Assembly (NCBI GenBank): GCA_964035575.1
Contig: OZ037841.1
Span: forward strand, 186,001-250,000
Length of the DNA: 64,000 bases
DNA from: Rhynchopus sp. YZ270_cl-10
Lineage: Eukaryota
Reading direction: 5' to 3'
Part shown: positions 35,621 to 47,982 of the stretch, piece after piece
Numbering within the stretch: the first letter of the stretch is position 1
Layout of the letters: every line of letters starts with the position of its first letter
The notes under the pieces: generated by a model
The model's database searches: none
What the model was told of the DNA's origin: nothing
What the model saw: the letters and a program-made list of their open reading frames with translations, nothing else
Made by a program: the position numbers and the translations under genes

Positions 35621-37738
35621 TTTTGGCCCCCTTTTTTGTGTATTTTCCTTTGTACTAAAGTGGTATTGTTGGTCGAGTGTTGCTCAGGAATATTATTTGG
35701 ACACTGTCTGTCAGAGTGGGGTGAAGAGGGCCACCGCATGCAAGAGGTCGTTGTCGAGGTGCTGCGGACACAGCCACCATCGGAGGAGCGGACGGCAGCA
35801 CCGAAGGCAAAAGACCGGCTTGCCAATAATGTGGCAAGGCATCGTTAACCCCTATCAAACAAAACAAAAAAAAAAAACCCCCCCCGTGAGTTTTATTTTT
35901 GCTACCGTGGGTGGGAGGTTGGGCACACAAGGCGTTTTGTTGTGTGCACGAGCTAGAAGGAAGTCTCCCCCACTCATGTTACTTTATTTTTGGTGAATTT
36001 TGTGCTAGAAAAAAAAATCATGTGGCTGCAAAATTACGCCAACACTGAACAGAACAGAATAAAAGGGATAACCTCCCCTTGCCACCCTCTTGCCAAGCGA
36101 AGGCAAGAAGGCAAAAAAGGCGAACAGAACGCCACAACCCTTTCCCGCAGTGCCCACTCTCTGCCCTATTCATCAGAGAAAGCCACCACGACACTTTGCC
36201 CTATGTCAGGACATACCGTAGATAACCAGAAACGCAAGAAATGGGACGGTCCACTACACTACTTACCCATCTATCCCACATTGCTGTTCTACAATCGAAA
36301 CCGAAACAAAGAAAAATTGAACGAAACATTTCAAAAAATAATGTGACAAAAAAGGGGTGGGCGGGGGTGTGTGTACAAGGATACACCTTTTCCAGCAACC
36401 AAAAAAGAAGTTAAAACAGAAAATGCAAATCACCCGGATCCACGCCGGCACTAGAAAGAGGTTTTTTGGTGCTTTTTTACTATTTTGAACGATTTCCCCC
36501 CCACCCCCTTGGTGCACTACTTGTGTGTTGCACAATACTATTACCCTGTTAACCATGCACCTCCTCTCTCCGCTCTGCTCCCTTTCATGTTGACTTTATG
36601 GTGGCGGGTCCAGGTCACTGGGCTGCGGGAGGCCAGCGATTCGTGAGGCCATGTCATTCACCTGAAAATATAACGAAAGAAAACTTAGAATGAATTTTAA
36701 TTATTTACGTCTCTTCACTGAATAAGAAAATGAAAAGCTTCTGGAGATGAACCGAAGCCTCTCATGCCTAAGCTAAGTCACCAAAAAAATATGGGGAAAC
36801 GACAATGTGGACACTAAAAATGCGGATTACGATGTCGTAATCCACTTTGTCACTAAATATTGTAAAGATGGACAGATATCCACCCGAACCAGAATCTCGC
36901 AGGCCTTGCGATGGAGAAAGACCAGAAAAGTGGAACGAAAAACGTGAAAAGTGGAGCTCATCCTCTGTATACACTAACACAACCAAGTTTTCAAAAACGT
37001 GAAAAGTGCTGAGAAACAGAAGTTCCTAAAGAGTACCGTTTCGACACTTTACAAAGGTTGAAGATGGATATTCCTCACGTATACATAAGAGGACGGTACC
37101 GCGCATCTATTTCTATTTCCAAGAAATACACAAAGGAGACAACAGTTCGAACAATCGTTTTATTTTTTGCGAGGAAGGCATACCGGTGCCCCTGGCTGCC
37201 GGTCTGGCCATTCCGCCACTGCACCCGAGATTCTTCGAAGCTCCGCCATACTGTTCACGGAAGCAAAATATAAAAAAAAATGCGAAGTTGATGACAGTGC
37301 AAACGCTCTCGGACGCAGGCACTTTTGTTTAATTGCTGGCATTAGTTAGCAGACATCCGAGGATGCGCTCCACTATACTACACACGTGTAGGTGTATTTT
37401 TTTTAAAAACAATGTCTGTCTCTTTTTATCTTTTTTCTGCCAGGCTTTAAACATATCCCGACAAACAAAAAGGTGTTGTCGGATTAAGCCTCATACTTTG
37501 AGGGACGAAAAATTGTCCATCACTGTGTATCGGAAAGAAAACATCAGCGTTGTGTACACTAAACAACATTGAGGGAACACAACACCACATACCCACGACC
37601 CACCCGCCACCCCCCCCCCCCCGGCTGCAAAGAAAATTGACCTGAAATACAAAGCCCTGTGACAGTGTAGCTTGGGTACGAAGAAACAATCACAGCCCCC
37701 TTTTCTCCCCAGTTTTTCCCCCTTACGCAGCTTTCTCT

Positions 37739-38851
37739 TTAGCGCGGCGCACCAGGACCTTCGTCATACCTCTCAGTGTTGTTCGAGTGGGAAGGGACGC
37801 GTGCCCCAGGGCCGTTGCTGTCGTCGACGGAGCGGAGGACCGCGCCTAGGGTGAAGGGGTCCTCCCCGAGTGTGTTTGGGGGTGGCGGTGGGGCTGAGCC
37901 TTCGGCACCACCCACAGCGCCGCTGCGCTGCTCGGAGAACTCTGCCCACGAGGGCCCCTCGGTGGGGTGCACAGGAAACGTCTCCAGCTCGTCCACCGTC
38001 ACCGCGGGGTCCTGGTGTGTAGGTGGTGGTGGCAGGCTTGCAAGGCTGTCCCCCCCTGGACCACCCAGGCCTCCACCTCCACCCACACCAGGCATAGGAG
38101 GCAGCATGGGCATGCCGTATGGCGGGAGGGGTGGCGGGACGGCGCTGTTCCCTCCTACAGCCTCGACTAAGGATTGTATCGCAACGTGCACCTGGAGGGA
38201 GCGCAGCCACGCATTTGAGGTCACCTTCACCCTGACTCTTGCCGGAGCGTCCTCGGCACCGACACCGACACAGCGTGACCACTGCGTGAAAGGCGGCATG
38301 TGTTTCAACTGCTTCATGCTACGGCCACTCCTCGATTCCACCACAACCTGCACTAATACTGTTGACGATGCAACAGACGGTGCGTCGAGGAACTTCACGT
38401 TGACGTGGTAGACCCCGGGGCCTAGCATTTGGTCGAAGTAGATTTCTTCTTTTGATTTGAGGCGTGATTCTGGGCGGCGTTCGAAGAGGATGTCGCCTGC
38501 GACGTAGCCGTCCTTCTTGAAGGGTGCCTGCGAGGCTGGGAGGAGGATGTTCGTCTCACGCTCCTTCACACGCTCGCAGCGGTCCATGTTTGTCTTCATG
38601 TGTCCAGAGCAGAACTGCACCATATCCGCATCAGCCGCAGACGCTGCCCGCACACTGTTGAAACGCTCCAGCGCCTCAATGTACATCGTGTACGCTCGCT
38701 TGTAGTCCGCCTTCACCTTGGCCACGTCGCGGTCGCTGCTGTTGAACCAGCCCTTCTGGTGGCTTTCTGCACTGACGGTCGCCTGTTCGGCCTTCTTCAC
38801 ATACTCGAATGCCTCTGCAAGCTGCAGCTTCGTGTGTGCACCGGTAGACAT
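37739..38851 (-). CDS. MIT-like domain protein with proline-rich C-terminus
   Basis: LAEAFEYVKKAEQ..DYKRAYTMYIEALERF..MKTNMDRCERVKE three-helix MIT-like pattern; start taken at MSTGAH. Confidence 0.65.
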   Translation of the reverse strand: MSTGAHTKLQLAEAFEYVKKAEQATVSAESHQKGWFNSSDRDVAKVKADYKRAYTMYIEALERFNSVRAASAADADMVQFCSGHMKTNMDRCERVKERETNILLPASQAPFKKDGYVAGDILFERRPESRLKSKEEIYFDQMLGPGVYHVNVKFLDAPSVASSTVLVQVVVESRSGRSMKQLKHMPPFTQWSRCVGVGAEDAPARVRVKVTSNAWLRSLQVHVAIQSLVEAVGGNSAVPPPLPPYGMPMLPPMPGVGGGGGLGGPGGDSLASLPPPPTHQDPAVTVDELETFPVHPTEGPSWAEFSEQRSGAVGGAEGSAPPPPPNTLGEDPFTLGAVLRSVDDSNGPGARVPSHSNNTERYDEGPGAPR

Positions 38852-41800
38852 GGTGGTAGTGTACAGGGGAGGGGAGGGAGGAGGGAGGGGAGGGGAGGGG
38901 GACCTTTGGTGTGGTGTGTATGAAAGGAGACGTGGAGCATTGTCCAAGTTGTGTGCTTAATCGATTGCGTAAGGTGCAAGAAAAAGTTGTCAACTTGACA
39001 TACAAAAAGCCCTCTCGTGACATGTGGAAATCAACCATTGTCCATTTCGAGGTTTACATCTGAAAGTGTCACTTGTCGTTCCCTCACCCCCCTTCTTGTA
39101 GTTGTTTGATGCGTTGACGCTTCCACACACACTAAAAATCACCTGTTGGGTGGTGGTGTTGCGGAGCACGGTTGGGTGAGTGAACGACGTGACACTTTCC
39201 GCTCACAAAGTAGTGTGCGTAAGAAGAAAAAAACTTGCAGTGTGCTGGGAAGGGGAAGGGGAAGGGAAGAGAAAAGAAAATACCGATTTTTTTTGTGTTT
39301 TCCATATTTTTTTGTTGTTTTTTTTTGTTTTGTTTTGTTTTGTTTTTTGTTTTTTTGTACTTGAGGAGCAGAGGGAGGAGGGGAAGCTACACAAATGGTG
39401 AACTGGTTGGGGGAAGTGAACAGACGGCCTAAAAAAACGTAAAAATTTACAGCAGACAAACAGCTAAACAAAACACAACAAAAGGAAGAACGTAAAGCCT
39501 CTCGTTGCTTAGTCTGATTAGATTACTTAATGTTTTGAACCTCTCGTTGCTTAGTCGCCTTCGTTCCCACCGGCATTGTTGCTGTAGAAAATAAATTAAA
39601 ATGTTCGGCCTCCACCACTAGCCCTTCGAGCACCACCACTAGACGTCCCCCTACCCCCTTTCTCCCACCCCTCCCCACCCCCCATCCCCGTATCCGTTAT
39701 TTACTTGACAAAAAAAAACGCGTAAAAAAAGGTGGCGTTTTCCTTTTGTCGACATCCCATGGAGTTGTCGCACGAAAGAGAAAAAAAGTTTTCCAGTATG
39801 ACACAGCCTCACGTGGAAAAAAAAAATATGTGAATTTGAACTGCAACCAAAATACTGCAAAATGCTTCATTCCTGCTCCGGAATCAGATATCTTCTTTTC
39901 GTTTTTGTAGTACCTTTTTTCTTCATTTTTTTTTGTTTTTGTTTTTGTATTCGCTGTTTTTTTTTGCCCCAGGCTGGACAGGGAAATCCTTTGTAAGGTC
40001 AGTTTCTACGCATTCCACAAGGTCACACACGCATCCACACAAACCAGCCTTCCAACACAGATTGCAACAAACCCGGAAGTCGTATCCAGACTCTCAGCCA
40101 ACCACTGTTTGTTTTTCTATGCGTCTGTGAAGCAAAAACCATATAAAAATAATGCTGATTGGCAAAGCCCTGTCGTGAGAAAAAATGGGCATGTGCGCGA
40201 GAAACAAATACAAAATGCATAGCAAACACAATGTGCCGTACGACATTCACGTTGCCTGATGTTATGTTAGTTCACGAACAACGAACCCGTAACCCGCAAG
40301 AACTGCCCCCAAAATCCCTAATCCATTTTCCGTTTACCTGGTTACTTCTGACAGGTGGCAGACATCATAAACTTTGCTTCTTTTTTAACGTTGGGTGAAA
40401 AAAGAAAAAAGGGAAAAGTTGAAAGACGTTTGTGCACACACACAAATGGTGTTTCTGAGTCACTCATCTCCTTTCGGGTTCGAAGGGGGCGAACGGGGCG
40501 GCGGGATATGTGCGTGTGGTTGTGGGGCAAGTGAAAAAACACCTCTCCGTGGCTGGGCACAAAAAGACACGAAGCTCAGATGCACACATCTTTAAACAAT
40601 AAAAGTTAGCCTGCTTCTGAGGCTTCACCCTTCATTAAAAATATGTCGCTGAACAAAATAGGTCAGGACGAACGCAACTCGACTGCCTGCTTAATAGCCT
40701 TTGAACAATACTCAAAAGAGAGCAAAAGTATGGTTTTCTCTTCAACATTTCTTCAAAAACTACTCTAGAAAAAGTCACAAATCGCCCAAAAAAAAAAAAC
40801 GCTTAGTTAGAGAGATGGAGACATGCACAAAAACCGCGTAAAAAATAGTTTGGTATTTGCTTTGAAAAAAAGCAAAAATAATACTAAGCCTCCGTACGCA
40901 GCCACCTCACGACGACAAGGAGGGAGCCAATTTCTTCAGATTTCTTTATCTCAAAAACGTTACCCCTCCCCCTCAAACAAAGACAAGAAAGAAACCTTGT
41001 CTTGTGCCTCTCTGTACACAGGCACACATCTTGAAAAAATATGTCAGAGTGAACCTAAGCCCCAAAATGCTCAAAGTCACCCAACACAGCCCCGCCCCTC
41101 CTCCCCCCTCCTCCAAAAAAAGTTAAAAACTTTTTTTTACAAAAAAGCAACAAACCAAACCAAACCCCCCTCCACTCTTTCACATTTTCTTTTTTCTTCT
41201 TTTTTTTTTGAAATATTATACACCCATACTGGGTCTCACTTTTACTATATTTTTTTATTGCCTCCAAATATTGTGCCTCAAGCCAAAATGCTTTAGGGGG
41301 GCAGGAAATAAAGTAGGTTTTTTTCCCTGCATTTTTTAGCCGTAAATGGCTGGGGTGAGGGAAAAAAAGTAAATTTGAGCAGGGAATAAATAGTAAATAG
41401 CCGGGAACCCCAGCTAAAAAGGGGCAGGGAATAAAAAGTCTATATTTCCCTGCTGTTTTTTTTGATTTTTTGCCTTCTAAGGTGCGCCTCCGTACTAACT
41501 AGACTCTCGAAATTTTTTTTGGTCATACCCCTAAAAGTGCCCAATTTTGCAATTCCAGCAAGAATTGAGCAGTTTTGAGCCTTTCTAGGGGTCTAAAACG
41601 CGTTTTTGAGGTTTTTTTCCACCCAAAAAACACTTCCCAGAGGGATTTTAACGTCAAAAACACAAGATCATGCCAAGGACTACCAAGAAGCAGGACACAG
41701 ATATCTATGAGGATGCTCAGAAGAGGCGCCCACAAAAGAAACCCATGACATTGCTTTGCAAGGATTTCTGAAATTGTCGAAGATCAAGTCCCGCAAGCCA

Positions 41801-42060
41801 CGTGAGAAGATTACACCGCTACTTCGATCACTTGCACAAAGAACGGAAATTGAAGTCGAACACCATCTGGAGTTACTTCAGCCGTCTCAACAAAAAACAC
41901 TAACAAAAGTATTCAGACATACAAAAAGACCCTCCTCTCCTAGTTTTCGGCTTCATTTCTTATTGTACGGCACCCCAAGCACCCACCAACAGATGTGCAC
42001 ACGCGGTGGGTCAAAACCCCCTAAAATTTTGGCTTTCGGCACTATTTGGAGGCAATAAAA

Positions 42061-42218
42061 TTACAAACTCCTGGGAGAAATTGAAGATTTTTCCCCTTGG
42101 GGGGTGCCAACTCCCTCGGATTCGTATTTCCCTCGCCTTCGGCTCGGGAAATACACATCCTTGGGAGTTGCACCCCCCTCGGGGAAAAAAAGCTTCAATT
42201 TCTCCCTGGAGTATATAA
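42061..42218. mobile_element. ~158-bp fold-back MITE just 3' of CNOT9
   Basis: ~60-bp imperfect inverted arms ACTCCTGGGAGAAATTGAAG..GGGGGTGCCAACTCCC / GGGAGTTGCACCCCCC..CTTCAATTTCTCCCTGGAGT with TA-rich flanks. Confidence 0.75.
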
Positions 42219-42229
42219 CTAGTTTTTTT

Positions 42230-43252
42230 CTACTGCCCAGGCTGAAATTGGAGGCCCCCAGGGATGCCACCTGCGGCGGGAGTTTGCCCCTGCTGGACAG
42301 GTGTTGCCTGCTGGGCCTGTTGTCTGACCTGCTGCTCTTGCTGGAGTGCGGTGACTGCGGGGTCGCCGATGTTGAGGAGAAGTTGGAAGAGCCACCTACG
42401 CATGCCAAGGTCGTCTCCGAGGTAGTCGGAGAAGGTGGAGTCGCGAAGCTCGTTGGGGAGGTGCGTTTTGAGTGCGTCACGTGCGCGCGCGTGGTCTGAG
42501 AGACGCAGGTAGCAACGAATAACGTGCTTCAGGAGACGTGCCGGCGGCTTCTCCCCCTTGTCGGCCCCAGTCGTCATCTTCGCAAGCACGCTAGACACAG
42601 TGTAGAACCGCTCCGGCGTCGCACACAGGTACTGCAGACCAATATCGAACAGAAGGATCTTCTGCACAATAAACGTTGCAACAGTCTTGGACAGCTCGGA
42701 CCCAGTCTCCATGATACGCAGGCACAGTGGGATGATCTCCGTGGAGAGAAGGAAACGCACGACCTCTGCGTCGTCTGCCTTGACAAGCGCACCGATGACA
42801 CCGAGGGATGTGAGACGGAGGTACTCAAAGGGGCGCGACTTGGTGGCCGTGTTGAGGAAGGGGTACAGGAAGAGCGGCAGGTGCGCCTTGATGCAGAGCA
42901 TCCTCGTCTCGGGGTGGCTTGCAATGCACTGCAGCAGGGCCAGCGCGTTGCAGACGCGGTTCGAGGCAGGGCCAGCCAGGTCCGCGGGACAGAGCATCTT
43001 GTACACACTGATCACCTCCTGCAGCAGTGCCGCCATCACACCCACAGAGTACCACAGGGTAGGTGCCAGGTCTGGGAACTGGTCGCGTTTTTTCGACAGG
43101 TCGTACAGCGCCTGTTCCCTGTTCTCGACAACAAGCAGCCCCATCACGTTGCTGTAGAATTTGTAATTTGCCTGCTGCGGCTGGTCACCCCCCTGCTCCT
43201 CTGGCGCCTGAGCCACATGCTGTTGGTGTGCTGCTGGGACTACGTCAGACAT
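42230..43252 (-). CDS. CNOT9: CCR4-NOT subunit 9 (Rcd1/Caf40/RQCD1)
   Basis: [85 protein letters not shown] and [15 protein letters not shown]. Confidence 0.98.
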   Translation of the reverse strand: MSDVVPAAHQQHVAQAPEEQGGDQPQQANYKFYSNVMGLLVVENREQALYDLSKKRDQFPDLAPTLWYSVGVMAALLQEVISVYKMLCPADLAGPASNRVCNALALLQCIASHPETRMLCIKAHLPLFLYPFLNTATKSRPFEYLRLTSLGVIGALVKADDAEVVRFLLSTEIIPLCLRIMETGSELSKTVATFIVQKILLFDIGLQYLCATPERFYTVSSVLAKMTTGADKGEKPPARLLKHVIRCYLRLSDHARARDALKTHLPNELRDSTFSDYLGDDLGMRRWLFQLLLNIGDPAVTALQQEQQVRQQAQQATPVQQGQTPAAGGIPGGLQFQPGQ

Positions 43253-43753
43253 TGTGGTTATCTTCTTTAGTTTTGACCTAAGAATGCAAGAGTGGGTGGG
43301 TGGGGAAGAGAATTTGAAACGTGCTAAAAACGCGGCTCAGGCAATGATTTTGAGTTGAGTTGAGTTGAGTTGGGTGGTTGTTGATTTTGTAAAAAAGGTA
43401 ATTTGACTCAAATATCCGGGTGAATTGGTCCGCGTCAAATCAAGAATCAGATCAAAAATAGTGGAGATTGCGCAACAGGCTACACGAATCCAACACATTG
43501 TCAAAAAAACAAAACAAAGATATAGCAGTGCCGCCTCCTACTGGCACACTTCATCCCTTCGTGAGTCTAGTGAACAAAGAAAAGGGAGGGTGGGGAGGTG
43601 GATGGTTTCGTTTCAAGATGAACAAATTTAATGTTCACTGGAGGCTTTTGACCGGCCTTAAGAGTGAATAAGAAATATGGTATCACTTCTGCACCCCCGT
43701 CAAAAGCGTCTCAAAACCGCTTGGCTGTGATCGATTTAAGTTTCCAATGTAGC

Positions 43754-45373
43754 TTACCTAGCAAACCCTTGCACGTACTCGCTCACATCCCCAAGCAGAT
43801 CTCCCTTCAACATGACACAACCGTCTGGGAGCACTGTCCACCCCTCCTTCATCCCCTCCTCCGTCTCCTCCCTAGGCAGGTGCTCCCCCATGCACCTGCA
43901 CACCTCTTTCAGACGTTGTGCTGCATCCACTACCAGGCCTTGCACTTCCTCGCCACATGAGATGAGGTGCATGCTGGCGGCGCACAACAAAAAGAACGAC
44001 TGCAACAAGGCGAATACCCCAGAGGACACAGCCACGCCGTCTGCCCGCACATAGTGCACACTGTGCACGGAGTCCAGCAGCAACGCGAGGTCTGACCGTC
44101 GTTCCCCCTCCGCCGCCTCCACCTCCTCCACCCCCTTCAAACGCACCTGCCTCTCACACAACTCCTGCACCTCCAGAAACGATCCGTCACGCAAAAACGC
44201 CCGCCCCCTCCTCGGAAAGAACGGCCACCCCTCCAGACTCGCAAACCGCTCGTTGTACTCAAAGGCTCGCTCCATCAGCGTCACCTTGGACACCTCCTCC
44301 TCGTCCTCCTCCTCGTCCTCCCCCTCGTCCTGCCCTGTACGCTTCAACCGTACCATCCCATCCCGAGGCATTTGTAGTGCTAAACATAACAGTGCAGTTG
44401 GTCGGGGCATTTCATTTACAGCTTCTTTGAAAAGTTGCTTGCGGGTGGTGGGACGGTTATCGATCAGGAGTGTTTCAGAGCTGGGTATTGTTCCTGCGAG
44501 CGCTACCTTGACTTTGCTGATGAGGGACGCAAGGTGTTGCTGTTCACTGCGCTTCAGAGCCTCGAGGAGCAGCTGTTGCATGGTCATCCGCCTTCCGTCC
44601 TCCAGCTCAACTTCGTCACTGTGCTGCAGTACTGTTGCCAACGCGTAGTATGCGAGGGCCTTCTTCGGTCTCAACGCTATTGTCTTTCTGTAGAGCCGTA
44701 CATTTGTCCACTTCTCCCCTTCAATGGACACACTCCCAAATGGAAGAGCCTGTACACCTAGATTACCATACGCCTGAATAAAATGAGGATCACTCACAAT
44801 GCATTCAATTAACAACTCAATTTTTGATCGAATCGAGCCGTCGTATAATGTGATGGTGTCCCCTGGGGTAATGCAGCAGCTGAGGCTGAAGAGGGTTTGC
44901 GGGTGGGTTGGGGTGAGGGAGAGGGTGCGGCGGCAGGCTTCGGAGCGGGAGACGAGGGTTCCGTCGACGGAGACTTTGTTCCAGAGGTGCGGGGTGTTGG
45001 CGAGGAGCTGCCAGGCGGCGCTGTTTTCTGGGTCGAGGAACAGAATGCGTTGCAGTGCGGCGGGCATATCGTCTGGGAGCACGGTGCAGAGGTCATCCAC
45101 GAGCGTCGCAGCTTCGTAGCGCTCTTCATCGCTTATCAAGCGAACGACGTCCAGCTGATCCCCTGCACTGACGTTGCAATCCGCAAGCAATGTTGTCTGC
45201 TCGTCTGCAAGGGCTTTCCCATCCTGTGTGCGCAACGAAACATTCCCGCTCGTCAGAACATCACTCTCAATCAAAGCAGCGACAGCAGCATTGAGGCCCG
45301 CGATGGTAGCATATTCCGGGACGTCGACAACACAGAGTTCACCGGTTTTGAGGTAGCGAACGGAAAATTGCAT
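43754..45373 (-). CDS. Hypothetical protein: N-terminal ubiquitin-like domain plus TPR-like helical repeats
   Basis: MQFSVRYLKTGE..VDVPEYATIAGL..LRTQDGKALADE..LADCNVSAGDQLDV ubiquitin-like pattern; ~50-aa helical repeats (AWQLLA, AYGNLG, AYYALA). Confidence 0.7.
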   Translation of the reverse strand: MQFSVRYLKTGELCVVDVPEYATIAGLNAAVAALIESDVLTSGNVSLRTQDGKALADEQTTLLADCNVSAGDQLDVVRLISDEERYEAATLVDDLCTVLPDDMPAALQRILFLDPENSAAWQLLANTPHLWNKVSVDGTLVSRSEACRRTLSLTPTHPQTLFSLSCCITPGDTITLYDGSIRSKIELLIECIVSDPHFIQAYGNLGVQALPFGSVSIEGEKWTNVRLYRKTIALRPKKALAYYALATVLQHSDEVELEDGRRMTMQQLLLEALKRSEQQHLASLISKVKVALAGTIPSSETLLIDNRPTTRKQLFKEAVNEMPRPTALLCLALQMPRDGMVRLKRTGQDEGEDEEEDEEEVSKVTLMERAFEYNERFASLEGWPFFPRRGRAFLRDGSFLEVQELCERQVRLKGVEEVEAAEGERRSDLALLLDSVHSVHYVRADGVAVSSGVFALLQSFFLLCAASMHLISCGEEVQGLVVDAAQRLKEVCRCMGEHLPREETEEGMKEGWTVLPDGCVMLKGDLLGDVSEYVQGFAR

Positions 45374-46626
45374 TTTTGTCTTTTTTGGGAAGGGGAAAGG
45401 GAAATCCTGGGAGGAGGAAGATGGTTGAAACCCGATGTGAGCGACAAACCGCCACGACAAAGAAGTGCGGGCTATTACCAATATTGTCTCACGCAAAGGA
45501 AACGTTGCACTTTGAATTGCTGAAGGCATACACCAGGCAGAACGGTGTGCACTACGTGCGGACGAGGCTGGGATGTGGAGCATGAGGTCTCAATCATAGG
45601 ATGGTTTCTTTCCGTATTATCTCGTGTTCTCGGTTAAGTTACATGCACTATGAACACATGCAGTTGAAGATTAAAGCTTTGTATCTCACGTGAACACTGG
45701 CAAGAAGCGCTTTGCAACCTGGGTAGATAATACGTAGCAATGGGTGTCTACACTAATACAACAAATTTTCAAACTCTTTTACTTCAACGCAAACTTCATT
45801 ACATGAATTGCCCTCCTCCTGTTGAACACATCGCTCGCCAGATTTAAGCTTTGTATCTCACGTGTGTGGTGAACACTGGCAAGAAGCGCTTTGCAATCTG
45901 GGTAGATAATGGTACAGATAAAAATAAAACGAAAACACAGCAAAATACCTCAGACAGGTGTCGAAGTTGAAAAAAAAAGTTACGCACGCGCCCAAGTGTT
46001 TTGCAAAGCTACACAAGGTATAACAAAGGGGGAAAGGTCACTAAAGGTTGGATATCTCACGATGAATGAAGAGTACATAGACGCAAAACGAAGAAAATTA
46101 TTACGCGTCCACTCGACGTTTGGATAAAGAAAACTAGAGATGAAAGGGGGTTTGGGGGGAAGAGTTTAATTCTTGAACGCATCCCCACACTCAGTCACAC
46201 AGGTGTTTTTTTTTGAAAAACACCAAACGCTGTTCAATAATGAACGAAAAAATTGACAATTTTCCTGATGAAGATGTAATGTATGTGCGAGAGATGGGGA
46301 GCACGGGAGGGAAAAAACGACTCGTGGATACTGAAAAATTTCACTAGAAATGCACACATGTCTTATAAAAATTTTTGAAAGATGAATGTGCTTCTCGTGC
46401 ACGCACATCTTTACTATTGAGCTGCTGGTTTGAAGTGAGCTGTCTCTTCACTAAGACGCTGTTCCGCTGATGCAGTCACCCTTTTGCTTGTATTGCAGGT
46501 TAAGGTACGGGATGCGAGCATACGCGCAGCAAAGTAAGGCCGGGTGAATATCGGCCTCGGAACAACTCGCAACATGTCTATCATCATATCTGGCTGATGG
46601 CTGTTGCCATGACATGGCACCCAGAC

Positions 46627-47982
46627 CTAAAGGTCGAAGCCACCTGGTTTCGGGCTCGAAACGGAGGTAGTCATTTCGTTGGCAGTTTCTTCGTTCATTG
46701 CCTGGTCGAAGTCTTCGTTGAAGCACGGGTCCTCGTTCATGTACTGGATAAGACTGGAGTAGTCGACTGCCCGCGACTTCTTTCTGTAGTAGAAGGCAGC
46801 GCCTCCCAGCAGCACTGCACAGCAGAGCAGCACACCAAGGATGCACACTACCGTATGTGTCCTCACCCGAGGGTGCAGGCATCTCGACAGTGAACTGCAC
46901 GCCATCCTGCTTCTCGCCGAAGACGATGCCGAACTGGTACGACACCGTTACATCTGGCACAAATGCACTGTGCTGCACGAAAGTCAGCAGTGTTACTGGG
47001 TGAGCCACTCCGCCCACATCACATGCGACGAACGTTCCGTCGTAGAAACGGCTCGACTGCGGTGAGAACGTGCTGCCTGCTGTGGGAACATGGTGGTGGG
47101 TAGAGAGGGTTCAGGGTGACGGAGAGGGTAACATACGAGAACTCAGAGGTGCCAACGACCTAGGCGTGCGCGACTCCTGTGCACCTAGAGGTCCCAGCGT
47201 TGCCGGTACACGCGACACTCCAGATGGTGCTGCTGTATCGGCGAGTAGCTTGCTTGGTAAGGGGCCAGAGTCCTGTACGGTATGAACGTGCTGCGTGTAT
47301 CCGGCAAAGGAGCACGCGACAACCCAGGTGGTGCCTCCGAACTTCCCGGCGAGTACGTCGACGGCTTCCTTGTCATGTACGTTGGCGGCACAGGGGTGTC
47401 ACACTTGTAAATCCTACGTCTCGTACGAGAAGTCGCCCACGATGCGTGCTGTGCCCACGTCGAACCAACCTCACCAGTTCCTGATGTAATAGCAAGTGCA
47501 AAATCAGTGCCAAACACAAGCGACTTTGTGCTGCTCCCAGGGTCCACATCGTAAATGTTCCGCTGGAATGTGCACGTCAGTTTCCCACGGTCTTCTGCCG
47601 AGGTTCCAGGAATCGTCTCAGTGTTGTCCGGTGTTCCAGGTGCTCCAGGGCCAGACACCGGAGCGTATCCCTGTGGGTTCACTGAGGTTGAGCAGGCAAC
47701 AATGCTCAGGCCGTTCATTCCTGCAGCTGTGGTGTCATCCGCAAACCCAACTGCAGCCCACTGCGGTGATGAGCCAGAGTCCAGGGTAAGACGGAACTGT
47801 ACCTGATCCTCTCCAGTCTGTGCATCCTTTCCAAGCGTATGATAGACAATGACTCCGCCGGAGCTTACGCTAGACCCCGAGCAAGCACCAGGCACGAAGG
47901 ATGCAGGCGCAGGTGTTGCTGGTGGCACTGTAACTGCAATTACAGCATGAACCAATAGAGTTTGTACCGCGATACGGCGCAT
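46627..47982 (-). CDS. DOMON-domain type-I membrane protein; needs two frame changes (small introns or disablements)
   Basis: Signal peptide MRRIAVQTLLVHAVIA; VQFRLTL..WAAVGF..GMNG..IVAC and GKLTCTFQR DOMON motifs; TM segment VVCILGVLLCCAVLLGGAAFYY-RKK in ORF 46627-46905. Confidence 0.6.

Noticed and set aside
35650..41750. Numerous short ORFs in AT-rich, homopolymer-rich intergenic DNA, and antisense ORFs overlapping real genes
   Set aside because: Low complexity, no recognisable motifs, or shadows of GC-rich coding strands.
45671..45910. ~60-bp direct repeat (AAGCTTTGTATCTCACGTG..GGGTAGATAAT) twice
   Set aside because: Local duplication without TSD, LTR ends or coding content.
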